From Vitrella brassicaformis CCMP3155 (lineage: Eukaryota > Protista > Chromerida): a stretch of 64,000 nt of DNA. This document shows positions 25,956 through 38,203 of the stretch, in pieces. Below the pieces are notes generated by a model. It saw only the letters and a list, made by a program, of their open reading frames with translations. It made no database searches and had not been told where the DNA came from. Where the stretch lies: NCBI GenBank assembly GCA_001179505.1, contig CDMY01001040.1, positions 1-64,000 on the forward strand, given 5' to 3'. Every line of letters begins with the position of its first letter. Within the stretch, counting starts at the first letter, position 1. The position numbers and the translations under genes are program-made.

Positions 25956-26382
25956 TCATCTTCCCGGCGATCTACGAGACATATGATCTGTGTGATACCT
26001 TCCAATCCCTACCAAGTATGTGTATCCACGTGGACCTCTATCGTCACTGAATGCTTATCTACTGTGAACTCTCCAACTCGCCCACGAGAAAGTCTGATCA
26101 ACAGTCAAATCATCTGCGGACTCGCGAACAACTCAGACCATTGACAATCGTCTCAGCAAAACACCCCGACAAGCTAACCAAGCGCTCGCAGCGAACCGTG
26201 CGATACATCGGTCCCCTCCCTCATACACCCTCCACATCACACACCCAACACGCCACACATCGATGCATCACATCGACGCATACACCCATCCATGTATCCC
26301 CCGCCACGCACACATCCATCAAACCATCCATCCGTCCGTCCGTCCATCACACCCACCACTGCACTGCCAAGATCACGAGAAC

Positions 26383-27454
26383 CTACGGGAACTGGGTGAA
26401 TTCGAGGGTCTTCTGCCAGATGCCCAGGCCAGTGTTGATCTGCCAGAGGAAGAGAGCCGCTCCCGTAGCATTGAGGCTAATGTGGGCGATGCGAGCCGTG
26501 TCGTTGCCCTTCTGCATGGCCGGGACGAGCGCCGCAGCGAGAGCCCACATGACAGTGATCGCCGCGCCGCAGTACAGATGTGGTCCCGGGAACAGCTTGC
26601 CTGTCCGCAGGTAGGTGTTGACCGGTCCCTCGATAGCGAACGTCACACCGAGCCCGAGAAGGACGGAGCCGACTGTCCAGTGCTTGTCACGGAAGTCGCC
26701 CTTGACCAGCTCCTTGCGGGTGGCTGACAGAGCCTCTATCTTGTCGCCCAGGGGGACGGCGGCCCGAAGCCGCTGCAAGTCGGCCTCCATTGCACTCACG
26801 TTCTCCTGCATCTCCTGCACAAGCACACATAAGATAGAACAGACATCAGCACAAAGACCCTATGGCTGTTGTTGTCCATTCCATTCCATCACTCACCCCT
26901 TGCTCTTTGTGCTTGTCGATTTCAGCAGACAGCGATGCGATCGTTTTGGACAGCGGCAAAGATGGGGCTTTGCCCCCCACAGTTGGCAGCTGCGCCTTGA
27001 GTTCGTTGATGTCCCCCTGGATGGTGCGGATGCGACGCCAGTTCCACCCCGTCACAGCCGAGTAGATGGTCGCCGCGGCGAGGGAGAACATGGCGATAGG
27101 ATGCAGGCTTGAAATGATCTTGCCCTCCCAGATGCCGAATTCCCGACCCTTGGCCATTGCTGGGGCAGCCAACAAGAGGGGCATCAGTGCGCCGCCAACA
27201 ACCGAGGGGGACAGCGGCAGCGCAGCAGGTTCGGGAGCGGTCGAGGAACGTTGCAGGTCATCGATGGACGTGATGCTCTTCAGATGATCTTGAAACTGCT
27301 CGCTCGAGAGCAAGGGGGCATCTCTCTGCGGCTGCACGGCGTCAAGGCGTTGGAGGCCACCCCGTTTGAGCAGGCCTGGTGGTGCGCTCTTGTTGAGAGG
27401 GGCAAAGCCGAAGATCTGCACCGGCGCCACCAAAAGGATGAAGATCAGCTTCAT
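26383..27454 (-). CDS. DUF4079-family plastid membrane protein with bipartite leader
   Basis: Signal peptide MKLIFILLVAPVQIFG followed by FAP. LHPIAM..GWNWRR, RDKHWTVGSVLL, GKLFPGPHLYCG, ARIAHISLN, WQINTG. One intron near 26815-26925. Confidence 0.82.
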
Positions 27455-27498
27455 TGGGCAGACCAACATGCCTCAAAAATCAGCGCAGGAACTTGCTG

Positions 27499-27506
27499 AG
27501 CTCGCA
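27499..27506 (+). promoter_or_regulatory. AGCTCGCA candidate promoter motif
   Basis: Between DUF4079 (-) and PLGG1 (+). Confidence 0.65.
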
Positions 27507-27637
27507 GCGCAAGATTCTCGTCCCTCTCGTGGACGGCAGTGGCCAATGGTGTCGATGCTGCACAGATCTTGATAGAATTTTGATTGCTGGAGCCCAGAGA
27601 TCTGTTCTGCACTTCCGAGCCCTTGCCGGGTCTGCGA

Positions 27638-29617
27638 ATGAAGTTACTGGTGGTATTCCTGCCCTTGGCGGCCACTCAGTGCCTATCAGCTTCAGTCGAT
27701 TCATCGCTCAGGAGATCGACGCCACCACTCCCTCCGCAGCATCGACATGCCGCCTCTGAACCCCTCGCTGCTTTCCAGCCGCTTGCAACGGGTCATTTAC
27801 TGTCCAGGAAGCTGCCACATTATGGCTCAAGATCGATTCATCCAATCGAGGAAGCTCCGCTAAGGACACCGCTGTGGAACAATGCAAAGGGGGAAGTCAT
27901 CCCACGGTCGGCGCCGACGTCACCGGAGGCGGTCAGGAGGAGGCGGGAGAGGAGCATCTGGGCAGGCCTGGCCTCTGCCAAGGCCCTCGTCAGCGTGTCG
28001 GTCTTCATCGCCCTCGACATTGCGTTTCGGCAGCTCCTGGCATCGCTCAACATCACCTTCCCCAGTGCACTCATCGGCATGGGGCTCGTGTTCGCCTCAC
28101 TGCTCGTCCTTGAGCGCGTCAACCCCTCTAAAGCGGCTGACGTGGCGGCCTTCCTCGACCTGGGTGCGTCTGAGATCAAGAAGTGGCTGCCGGTGTTCTT
28201 CGCCCCCAATCTGGTGGTCCTGCCGCTGAACCTGCCGCCTCAGCTGGGCAGAATAGTCGGCCTTGTGGTGGCTGGGCTGCTCTTCAGCTTGACTAGCACC
28301 GCTGGACTGGTGGCCGCAACTACCAAGGTCAGCCACCCGATGGCCTTCCAATCCACATACACCAAGGGTGTGACCTACTTGTGTTGTTTGTCTGCCTGCA
28401 GGTGGCCGAGCGCCTTTCCAGCTCAGCGTCCTCCTCCTCCACCTCCTCATCCCAATCCACTCGACAACGCTCCCCTCCCTCCAGCTCTAGCAGCGTGTCG
28501 TCACGGCCGCCCAAGTACTACGGTCCGTTTGGCGAGGGCGTGGCGGGCACAGTGGCGATTCTCTCGGCCGTGTCCTTCGGCCTGTCGGTAATCAGTGCCC
28601 GGCAGGGCTGGGGCGGCCAGGCCGTCTGGGTGTACCTACTCAGCATGACACTCAGCGGGTCAGCGAGTGGCAACACGCACACACACATCGATGGCCTGTA
28701 GAGCGCCTCTCTGTCATTTCGTTTGTGTGTCCAGTTACGTGTTTGGCACCAGCTGTCCCCCCTCCCTGACTCGGTGGCTGCACCCCGTGGTCATCTGCTC
28801 CCTCTCCACCATTCTCGGCGCCGTTCTGCTTGGATCAGCCACGCAGCGGAGCTGGCAAGAGATCCTCGCCCCCTACATCCTTGCCAACGGCCATGTCGGC
28901 CCCGGCAACGCGCTGCTCTTCCTCCTGGGCCCCGCAGTGCTGACCTTCGGCTGTCAGATGTATGCGTATCGGCGGCAGATGAGGCGGAATCTGACAGAGG
29001 TGATTGTGGGGTGTCTGGGGGCGGCGCTGTTGGGGCTCTTCGGCACTGCGGTGAGTGAGTGTGCCCGAAGACGGTAGTGCCTGCCGGCATTCACTCGTCG
29101 ATGCTGTCTGTCTGTCTGTCTGTCTGTCGCGTTGCTCAGATCGGTGCCAGGTTGATAGGCCTCGCGTCAGATCTGCGGCTTGCCACGTTGCCGCGGTCCA
29201 TCACTGCCCCGCTGGCCATCGAAGTCGCCAACATGCTGGGCGCTGATGGCCGGTAGGTACACCACACACCCCACGCATTGCACATGACATGTCTGTTGTC
29301 TTCCCGCCCTTACCTCTGTCTGTGTGCCTGCCTGGTCTGGTGCGTGCAGGTTGGCAGTTGCTCTAGTGGTTCTGACGGGCATCCTTGGCGCCAATTTCGG
29401 GGCCCTCCTGCTGACCTCGTTGGGCATTACCAACCCGACGGCCCGTGGGCTGGCCATGGGAAGCGCCGCCCACGGGCTGGGGACGGCGGCGATTGTGAAT
29501 GAGGGAGAGGCTTTCACCTTCAGCGCGATAGCGATGGCGCTGACGGCCACCTGGACGACGGTGCTGGTGAGCATCAAGGCACTCAGGGACGGGCTTGTCA
29601 AGGTGGCACTGGGGTGA
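27638..29617 (+). CDS. PLGG1: LrgB-family plastid glycolate/glycerate translocator (PLGG1-like)
   Basis: Signal peptide plus transit-like leader; FPSALIGM, KKWLPVFFAPNLVVLPL, FLLGPAVLTFG..Y, LPRSITAPLA, VVLTGILGANFG, ARGLAMGSAAHGLGTAA, FSAIAMAL. Confidence 0.9.
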
Positions 29618-30244
29618 GGTGAGTGAGATGAGGGACATTTGACATACATGAGTGGGTCCCTGACTTGACTGGTCAATGGCGAGAGGCGAGAGATCATTCT
29701 GATGCGTGCCTGAGGGTGAGAGTGAGGGTGAGGGTGAGAGCAGCTTGCGAGCGGGTGGGTGGGCGGGTGAGTGGGCGCGACTCGGAAACGACAGATGCGC
29801 TCACTCACAGAGAGAGAAAGAACTGCTGTCTGGGTGTATGCCACGTCAGTCAATGTGAAGGCCAGTTGATGTAGTGAGTGCTGTGTAGGCTTTGCTTTGC
29901 TTTGCGTTCCTTTCCTTCCCTTTGGCTCGGAGGATTTTTGTTGCTACTTGCTGGCTGCTGCTGCGAGGGACGGGACAGGGGTCAGACATACAAGGCTTGA
30001 ATCATCAGGCAACGTCTGCACACACGCACGAGCTCAGAGAAGTGTCTGTCGTTCATGTCAGTCAGCCAAGCCACGACCCCTCCCTACTACTATCCGCCCG
30101 CCGCACCCGCTGCTTGAAGCCCACCCTCACATACGCACGCCCCATACAGGCAGGACATGCAGTCAGTATGCAAAGCTACCCCATCATCTGTCTGTTGTGC
30201 TGGTCACCGTCGCACCCAACCATGGCCATCCCTCCTCCGTCTCT

Positions 30245-31968
30245 TCAGGCTCCCTGGCCTGGATGTGTGTGTGTCGGGGTGTGTGTGTGTGTGTGTGTGT
30301 GCCTCTACAGTCACGGGCGGCCCCGGCGGCCGGGGGCGAGCGGATGCGCGACACGCTGTGACACACACGCACACACATACACGCATCCATCCATCCATCC
30401 ATCCAAATGAACTCACCGTTCTGCGTGCGTCGTGCTGTCCTCACCATGATGATGTCTTGCACGGCGTCCTCGATTTTGTCGCGGTCGTTGGCCTTGAACT
30501 GGCGGAGAGACTTCTTGCCGTCCCCCTTGCCAATCCACACGATCTGCACACCACACCACACCACACCAGATACTAGCCAATTGACGGCTCCCTTTCCGTC
30601 TGTCTCATTTCGAATGCTTGTCTGTCTACCAGGCGCTCGCGGAACGTGTTGGCCTCCGATTTGCCCATACTCTCCGCGAGGCTGAGCTCCAAATCCGACA
30701 TCTGTGCAGACAGAAACATCCATCACCCACACGCACATACACACGCATCCGAGCCTGGTCCATTGCACGGACAATGTGACGCTGTGTGTGTGTGTGTCGT
30801 GTTTTGTGTGTACCCCACACCAAGTTAGTACCTGCTCCGGGAATGCCCACTTTTTGCGCGCCAGGCCCTCCTCCAGCCACTGGAACATGGCCTTCCACAC
30901 CGCTAAGTTGCCCCGCACCTGCACGCCCGCCCACCCAAACGACCCAACGACCCCCCTCACCCCCCCCATCCACCACACCACCCACCACACCATGTCGACG
31001 AGCGCCTGGGGCGGCTCTCTGGTGATCTCGTCGCTCAGCTGGGACGTCTCCAACATGGCCCGGCAGTCCTCTAACGTCAACTCGCCCCCACCACCACCAC
31101 CACCAACGCCAACACCGCCACCGCCACCGCCACCCAGACGACCCCCACCACCTACACAAACCACACACACACATCACACCGTCTGTGTGCCATGGTGGCC
31201 ATCCATCTTTTCCTCGCCGCCTACCGATGTTGCCAAATCGGCCCGGCGTGATGCTAGTACGCACCTCCCTCCTCTCCGCCGCCCCGCCGTCCTCTCCGCC
31301 GCCACCTCCCTCGTCGACCTGCATCTTGGCGTCCTCTGCCTTTGCTCGGGCGACGTACTCCTCCATGTGCTGCTTGACGGTGAAGTTGGTGCGGAGGCGG
31401 ATGTTGCTTACGCGCATGCGGCTGAGGGGGCTCTTGTTGCCGTTCTGCACGATGGTCTGGTAGTCGTAGGTGTGGCCTGCAATGATGAACGAAGGGATGG
31501 ACAAATGAACACATCCATCCATCGGATTCAATCCATCCATCCATTCTCCCTCAGGCAGCCTGATCTCATGGTCCCATGGATTACATACCGTCTGGCGTGA
31601 TCACCGGCTGCTTCATGGGCTCGTATGTCACCCCTGGCGCGAGGCCAACATCAGACAGAGAGAGCACTTGTATATATTGGCTTCATTGCCGTTCATCTTG
31701 CGCACACGTACTTACCGTCGATGCCCATGAACCATGCAGGCAGCTCGCCACGGTCGTTTTTGTCCTTCAGGTACTCGATGTCTTCATCAGACAGGGCGGC
31801 GAACGGACGGGGCGCTGCGGGAACTCCGGGGCGGGCACCACCACCCTGCCCAGGGCCGGCGGCACGAGCATCAGCCCTCGCAAGGACGCCACCAGCCACC
31901 GCCAGCAGCTCCTCGAGCTGGCGCTGCAGCTGTTGGGCTGGACCACCGCCACCGTTGGCAGCCGCCAT
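30245..31968 (-). CDS. U-box domain protein (putative E3 ligase), multi-exon
   Basis: Spliced ELPAWFMGIDGVTYEPMKQPVITPDGHTYDYQTI..SPLSR..LRTNFTVKQHMEEY fits the U-box pattern. Helical C-terminal region unassigned. Last exon inferred. Confidence 0.68.
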
Positions 31969-32360
31969 CCCGCTGAAACACGGCTTCAAAATTCGGAGGC
32001 TTGCGGAAAATGTAAACAGAATCGCCAAACCCTGGTGATCCGCGTATGCCTTGACTTGGTGGCCCACAGAGGGCCCACTGCAACTACTGACTGTCTCACC
32101 GACAGAAGAAATGTCACTACAAACAGCGGCCCGCACCGCACCACACCGCACCGCACCTTTCCTCCACCCCCCACTACTCTGCCTGCAATGCTTCTTTACT
32201 CATGTCTGACATGGGTGTCGGACAGCCATGCCATCAGACAGCCACACCCATGGTACTTGCACATTGCGGTGTGTCGCAACGCACAAGTGCCATGAATGTG
32301 TTTGACCAATGGCTGTCCGACAACTCAACAAGCCCCTTCTCTCTCCCTTCTCTCCCTCCC

Positions 32361-33437
32361 TCAGGCCTCCCACATGTGTCTGCAGTGAATGCAGACCAGC
32401 TTGAGAGTGGTCCTGTCCACGACGTTCTTCCGCCGCCAGTAAGTCATGTGAGCCTCGCTCTTGTGGCACCGGTCGCACATGTACATCCGCGTCACGTTCT
32501 GTGTCGACGGCCGACGGATGGAGCGCTCCAGTCCCTCTGCGCGGTCAGATCGCCGCCGCTGGGAGACGTGCCGGTTGGCCATGTCCTCCGACCGCATCGA
32601 GCACAGCTCGCTCGGTGAGATGGCGCCCTGTAAAATGCTGCTGCACAGCTCGAGATTCTGACGCAGACCGGCACTGACCTGAAAGATGGAGAGGGAAAGG
32701 GGCGCAATGCCCATGCAGTGTGAGCAACGCTCGGTTTTTCATCACACGCACCTGTCGCAGCTTCTGCCGATACTCCTTGGGGCCGCGGCTGGTGGCGAAG
32801 ATCTCCTTCTCGATGGCCTTGGCCGTGTGCATCTTGCCGGCCACGTCAGCGTCCACGTTCAGACGGGCAGCCAGCCGCTCCACATACCGACGCCGCATCT
32901 CATTCAAGCACACCTGCACACACCCATCGGGGAAGGAAGGAGTGACCGACACGCATCGGATCTCCCGTCTCTGCCTGCCGTTCTCTCCTCACCCTCCACA
33001 GCGCTTTCGCCGTGCGAGAGAGCAAACACGCCTGAAATGGAGACAACATGGCCCACACACGGTGTGTGAGTGAGTTTCCGTCAGCTTCCTTGACGCACCT
33101 CTGTGTCAGATACAAAGACGACCAAACTCTCCACCACTTCGCCGGGCAGCTTCTCGAGAATCGGCGGGCCGCTGACGGCTGCAACCGCTGCACTTGACGA
33201 GGGATGAGCTGCTGATGCTGACGAGGGGAGCTCCTGCTGAGTTTTTCCTGTGCGGGGTTTCTTCGCCCTTTCAGGACAAAGGCAACCTTCTCCGGCCTCT
33301 AGCATTGTCCTCGCCTCCACATCTAAGCTCGCAAGCGCCGGTCGAGCGATGTTTTCAGGACAGTACGTCCACGAGGAACCGTAGAAGCTTTTCCGAAGCA
33401 GAAATTGCGACGAATCCACCATCATCCTGCGACGCAT
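32361..33437 (-). CDS. F-box-like + TFIIS central domain + TFIIS-type zinc ribbon protein (start 33437 or 33305)
   Basis: Spliced LEKLPGEVVESLVVFVSDTE|ACLLSRTAKALWR|VCLNEM; AKAIEKEIF..EYRQKLRQVSAGLRQN..ILQGAISPSELCSMRSEDMAN; MYMCDRC-x24-CIHCRHMWEA*. Confidence 0.8.
33326..33333 (+). promoter_or_regulatory. AGCTCGCA candidate promoter motif
   Basis: Intergenic if the F-box/TFIIS gene starts at ATG 33305; POLD3 is on the other side. Confidence 0.5.
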
Positions 33438-33571
33438 TCTCAGGGTGCGGCGGGAAGCACATCGAGATCCGTCGGCCTGACAAACACGGCTGCGGGTGAC
33501 GGCTGCAGGGCGGAATAGACTTCGTCAGCTGCTCAGCTCAGATCTGTTTCTTGGCGCGGCGTGCGTGAGTG

Positions 33572-34344
33572 ATGGGTGATTTGAAGCGGCTCTTCCGGCT
33601 GCTGGACAGCAGCATTCTGGATGAAGCCAAGCCGGTGGGCGGGCGAGGCGAGAGGGAGGCGGATGACATTTCTGGAGGCTCCGCCTTATGGATCTCTGCA
33701 CTGCATGGGCCGCCTGTATGTGTGTGTGTGTGTGTTCAGGTGTCGTACACTTTGTTGTGTCAGCGGGCAGACCTCGACCTCTCATCGGATGGGGCCAAAC
33801 GGTCAGCCTGTAGGAGGGACTGATGCACAGACATACACACAGCCCTTCCACGCGCGCACACACCGGAGCAGCACAGCAAGGGGAGGTGTGGCTGATCTGT
33901 GCCGCTGATCTGTCGTTTTATGTCTGTCATCCGTCCACCATGTCATCAGGTTGTTGTTCGCCTATTTGGAGCACAAGCAAGGCACGGACGATGCCACCAA
34001 GGTAGCGGGCGACTATGTGGTGAGCGGCCGGCTCAAGGGCGCGCCCAATCGCAGCAAAGTCATGATGGCCACGCAAGACACCCTGGAGGGTGAGCGCTGC
34101 GCCCAACCAACAGGAACAGCGGCATGACGTACGTGTGTATCTTCTTCCATACCATACCTTCCTGCAGAGTTGAAGGGCCTGTTTGACGAGTCCCGTGAGA
34201 TCGGGGTGTTTGTGCACACAGTCCGGCCCGCCGCCATCGAGCCCAAGGACGCCGCGGCCATTGTGCACCACGACGTAGACGCGCGCACACACAGAGAGAG
34301 AGCGGGCAGACAGAAGTTTGCAGGGATAGCCCTGTTTCTTCTTT

Positions 34345-34377
<33 letters not shown>

Positions 34378-35908
34378 CAGCTGGTTGAGGAGGCCAAGAG
34401 GAATCTCGCGAATGCCGCAAAGGACGGCACATTCGCCACGGCAGGGTGAGAGAAAACACAAAGACTGCCCTCCCTCCCCTGCCGCTGCATGATGCGATGC
34501 GCCTCATACACTGCCTGCTCTTGTGTTCTGTAGGTATGCTGACTTCCCTATGCTGGCCAACACCATCCGCCAAACCCCCGGAGCCGCCCCCAAACCATCG
34601 CCCGAAGAGTACACACGCCCACATGGACACACGGACACACACGCAACGCGAACAGCACTCCCATCTCCTCTGTCTGTGTTTGTGTTTGTGTGTGTGTGTG
34701 TCTGCAGGAAGGACGACGGTTCCCCGAAGGATGCCGCCGCTGCTGCTGCTGCTTCTGGTGGTGCGGGTGGTGCGGGTGCCGGGACGTCCAAGGCCGGCAG
34801 CAAGGCCCAGCCGAAGGGCAAGGGCGGCAAGGGGGCGTCCAAGCCGGTGCAGAAGAAGGGCGCGATCCACTCCTACTTCACCTCCCAATCAGCAGCCAAT
34901 AAGAAGGACAAGGACAAGGCACAGCCCTCGTCGGCTGCGGCTGCGGCAGCAGCGGCAGCAGCTGCATCGTCGTCGAGCAACAGTCGTGGCGGAGGGGGAG
35001 GGGGAGGGGGGACGGGCAGCGGCACGGGGGACAGGGACCAGAGGATGGGTAAGACCCGAGACACTCGACACACGGCGAGGGAGGGATGGAGAATGTCCTC
35101 TGTGTGTGTGTTTGTGTGGGTGTCTGTCTGTTGTGTGCCTGCGCGCCAGATGAGGATGACGACATGGATGGTGACGTCGTGATGGCCAATGGCGACAGCA
35201 ACGGGGGCATGGTGGATGACGACGCGGCACGGCAGCTGTTCGGAGGTCGTCAGCTAGCCTGCTGAGCTTGCTGACATCCATGTGAAATTTACACGTGTGT
35301 GTGTGTGTGTGTGTTTGTCAGATGACAGGATGGATATCGATGGCGAGGCTGACAACGACCCGCCGCAGAAGGTCTACACCCAGCGGCAGAAGGTGCAGAG
35401 CACCAAGACCTTCAAGGAGGGCAACTACCTAGGTCGGTGAGCCAGACAGAACCGAGACGCAGCACACCCCTTACCCAGTTGTGTGCTCTCTCTCTCTCTC
35501 TCTTTCTTTCCGTTGTGTTCAGTGACTGAGGACGTGACCGAGTTCAAGGAGGTGCCGGTTGCCAAGCCCAAGCCCAAGCCGTCCGCTGCGTCTTCCCGGT
35601 CTGGCCTCAGCAAGCCCACCGCAGCGCAGCCCAAGAAAGGAGGTACCTGAAGCAGAAAGACACACAGACAGAGAGACAGACAGACAGACACACCGACAGA
35701 CAAAGTGGCCGGCCCGGGGATGGATGACCTTCGTGTGATGTGATGCCTGCAGGTCGTGGCAAAGGCGGCAACAATAAGGACAAGGCCGCCAACCAGTCGT
35801 CCATCACGTACGCAACGCATTCAACACTCACGGTGGCAGGCCTGTGTGTGCATCGTCCATTGCATCTTTGTGCGCCTCTCTCTCAGGAACTTCTTCCAGC
35901 GGAAGTGA
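33572..35908 (+). CDS. POLD3: DNA polymerase delta subunit 3 (Cdc27/p66)
   Basis: N-terminal VSYTLLCQ..AKRLLFAYL..YVVSGRL; long K/A/P-rich linker; KTFKEGNYLVTED; C-terminal KAANQSSIT|NFFQRK* PIP box. Confidence 0.88.
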
Positions 35909-37129
35909 AGCGTCGTGTGACGGTGCCAGCTGTCGGCCGATCGCAGTGCATTCCCGCCCCGCCCCGCCCCGCCATGTGTGTAGAGGGAGCAGGGGAGCCA
36001 GAGACGGCAGAAAGGGTTTTGGTTAGGTGTGCAGATGTGCAGACACGCAGAGAGAGGGTCGGTCACTACAGAGTCACTTAGTCGACAGGGGATGGACGGA
36101 TGGGGTGGGGGGCGGTCTAGTTGGCGTGCGCGCGCCCATGCGTGTGTGTGTGTGTGGACGTCACACAGATGATACAGATGCTGGCCGACAGTGACACTCT
36201 CATGTGCGTGTGTTTTTGTGTGTTGCGATGAAACGGTTCATTGAATGTATGTAGGCAATACGTACGGTACGGGCCCCAGGAGGGGGCCGTAGGTCTCACT
36301 CAACCCAGAGAAGTGTGTCCTTTGTGAGCTCCTCACAGCGAAAGAGGTTCCTGGCCATGACATGCATCAAACGGATGATGCACGGCCATACACAAGTAAT
36401 GGGATTGTCAAGCCAGGGCACTGCCTGCCTGCCTGCCCGCCATTCTCTCCTGTCTCTCTGTCTGTTTGCCTGCTACGCTCCGTCCGTCTGTCCTTCCGCC
36501 TCAAGCGCATGTGTCCACTGCACACGCACGCACACCGCCCCACTGCCCTCTTTGTGGTGTGTTGTGTGTATGGTATGCACATCAGTCAGTCAGTCGATCA
36601 ATCACATGCACCATCCCTTCACCCCGCCACCCCACCCCCACTCAGGCAATTCCTTTTCTCAACTCAGGCATTCCATTCTATCAGCCAGGCGTCCATCCAT
36701 CCATCCACCATCCATCCATCCAGACACTAGGTAGGTCTTTTCTGTCGCATATCGCCATCACACAGAAAGAAAGCACCCATCCCGGCCACCGCCCTTGAGC
36801 AGGCAGTGAGTGCACTGCAGCTGGCTTCCCGTCCCTCCCTCCCCCTCCCCCCTCTCGGCTGCCACTGCTGCGTGTGTGCGTGTGCGTGGTGTATGAGGCA
36901 CTGATGTAGGCAGGCAGGCAGGCAGGCACAACGAGGGGGTCAGGGCTGAGGGTGGGGGGACATGGGGCGTGTGGTGCTGGATACGAATCGGCGGGCAGGC
37001 AGGCAGGCAGGCAGTCGCTTGTCGGTCGGTCGCCCAAAGCAGAGGAAATGGGAATACAGGATCGCCCCAGTGTAGTGGGCGGGGTCGTGACAGCCTTCAG
37101 GCCTTCTCCCTCCCTTCCTTCCCTCCCCC

Positions 37130-37429
37130 NNNNNNNNNNNNNNNNNNNNNNNNNNNNNNNNNNNNNNNNNNNNNNNNNNNNNNNNNNNNNNNNNNNNNNN
37201 NNNNNNNNNNNNNNNNNNNNNNNNNNNNNNNNNNNNNNNNNNNNNNNNNNNNNNNNNNNNNNNNNNNNNNNNNNNNNNNNNNNNNNNNNNNNNNNNNNNN
37301 NNNNNNNNNNNNNNNNNNNNNNNNNNNNNNNNNNNNNNNNNNNNNNNNNNNNNNNNNNNNNNNNNNNNNNNNNNNNNNNNNNNNNNNNNNNNNNNNNNNN
37401 NNNNNNNNNNNNNNNNNNNNNNNNNNNNN
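37130..37429. other. Assembly gap (300 N); four more at 46462-46761, 47983-48282, 50480-50779, 52399-52698
   Basis: All five runs are exactly 300 N, which indicates a placeholder length. Confidence 0.99.
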
Positions 37430-38203
37430 CCACATAAGGGTCGGTTGGCACACTACAGCATAGTGTCGCCATGGGAGCTCGGCATCACCTGACATCCGTC
37501 CGTCCATCAAGCCAGCCAGCCAGCCAGTCTTTAAACAGGTAGGCCACCCACAGGCCGCCAGAGAAGAAAACGCACGAGCCCCCCCACTCTCTCTCTGTGT
37601 TTGTCCGTCCGTTCGTCAGGTACAGGGCGGGACTGTACAGGCAAGAAGCAGACAGGCTCATGGCAGCCAATCTTGATGGCATCTAAATGCTACAACCCTA
37701 GCTATACAGCCAACCGCACAGATCGTTTCTCGCAAGCAGCCGGCCAATCACATGCAGGCACGCACGCAGGCAGGCAGGACAATGACCCAATCGACGGACG
37801 ACGTGTCATTCATTCGCATTGATTCGGTCGGTCGGTCGGCCGATCGGTCAGCTGATTGATAAATAAAAGGAAGGGGCCGGGAGAGAAGAGAGAAAAAACA
37901 AAATGGCCCTTGTGATAAAAAAGAAACGACAACGCAAGACAAGACGAGAATAGAAGCCCACACACAGGCACTCTTCGCTCTTCCTTCCCCCGGCACACAC
38001 GCTCACACACGCACACTCACACACGCACACAGACGATTGAATGGCTGGCTGTACAGACAGAGAGCCATAAACCAGTCATTCGAAAAAAAAGATACGCTCA
38101 TCGATCGCCCCACAATCTACTTAAGCACCCACACACCCACACTCGTGCATGTGCCAGCCATCCAGACATCCGATTTGTGTGTCAGGGTCAGGGTGATGGT
38201 TGA

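Noticed and set aside
36681-37510. ORFs spanning N runs
   Set aside because: Artefacts of translating gaps.
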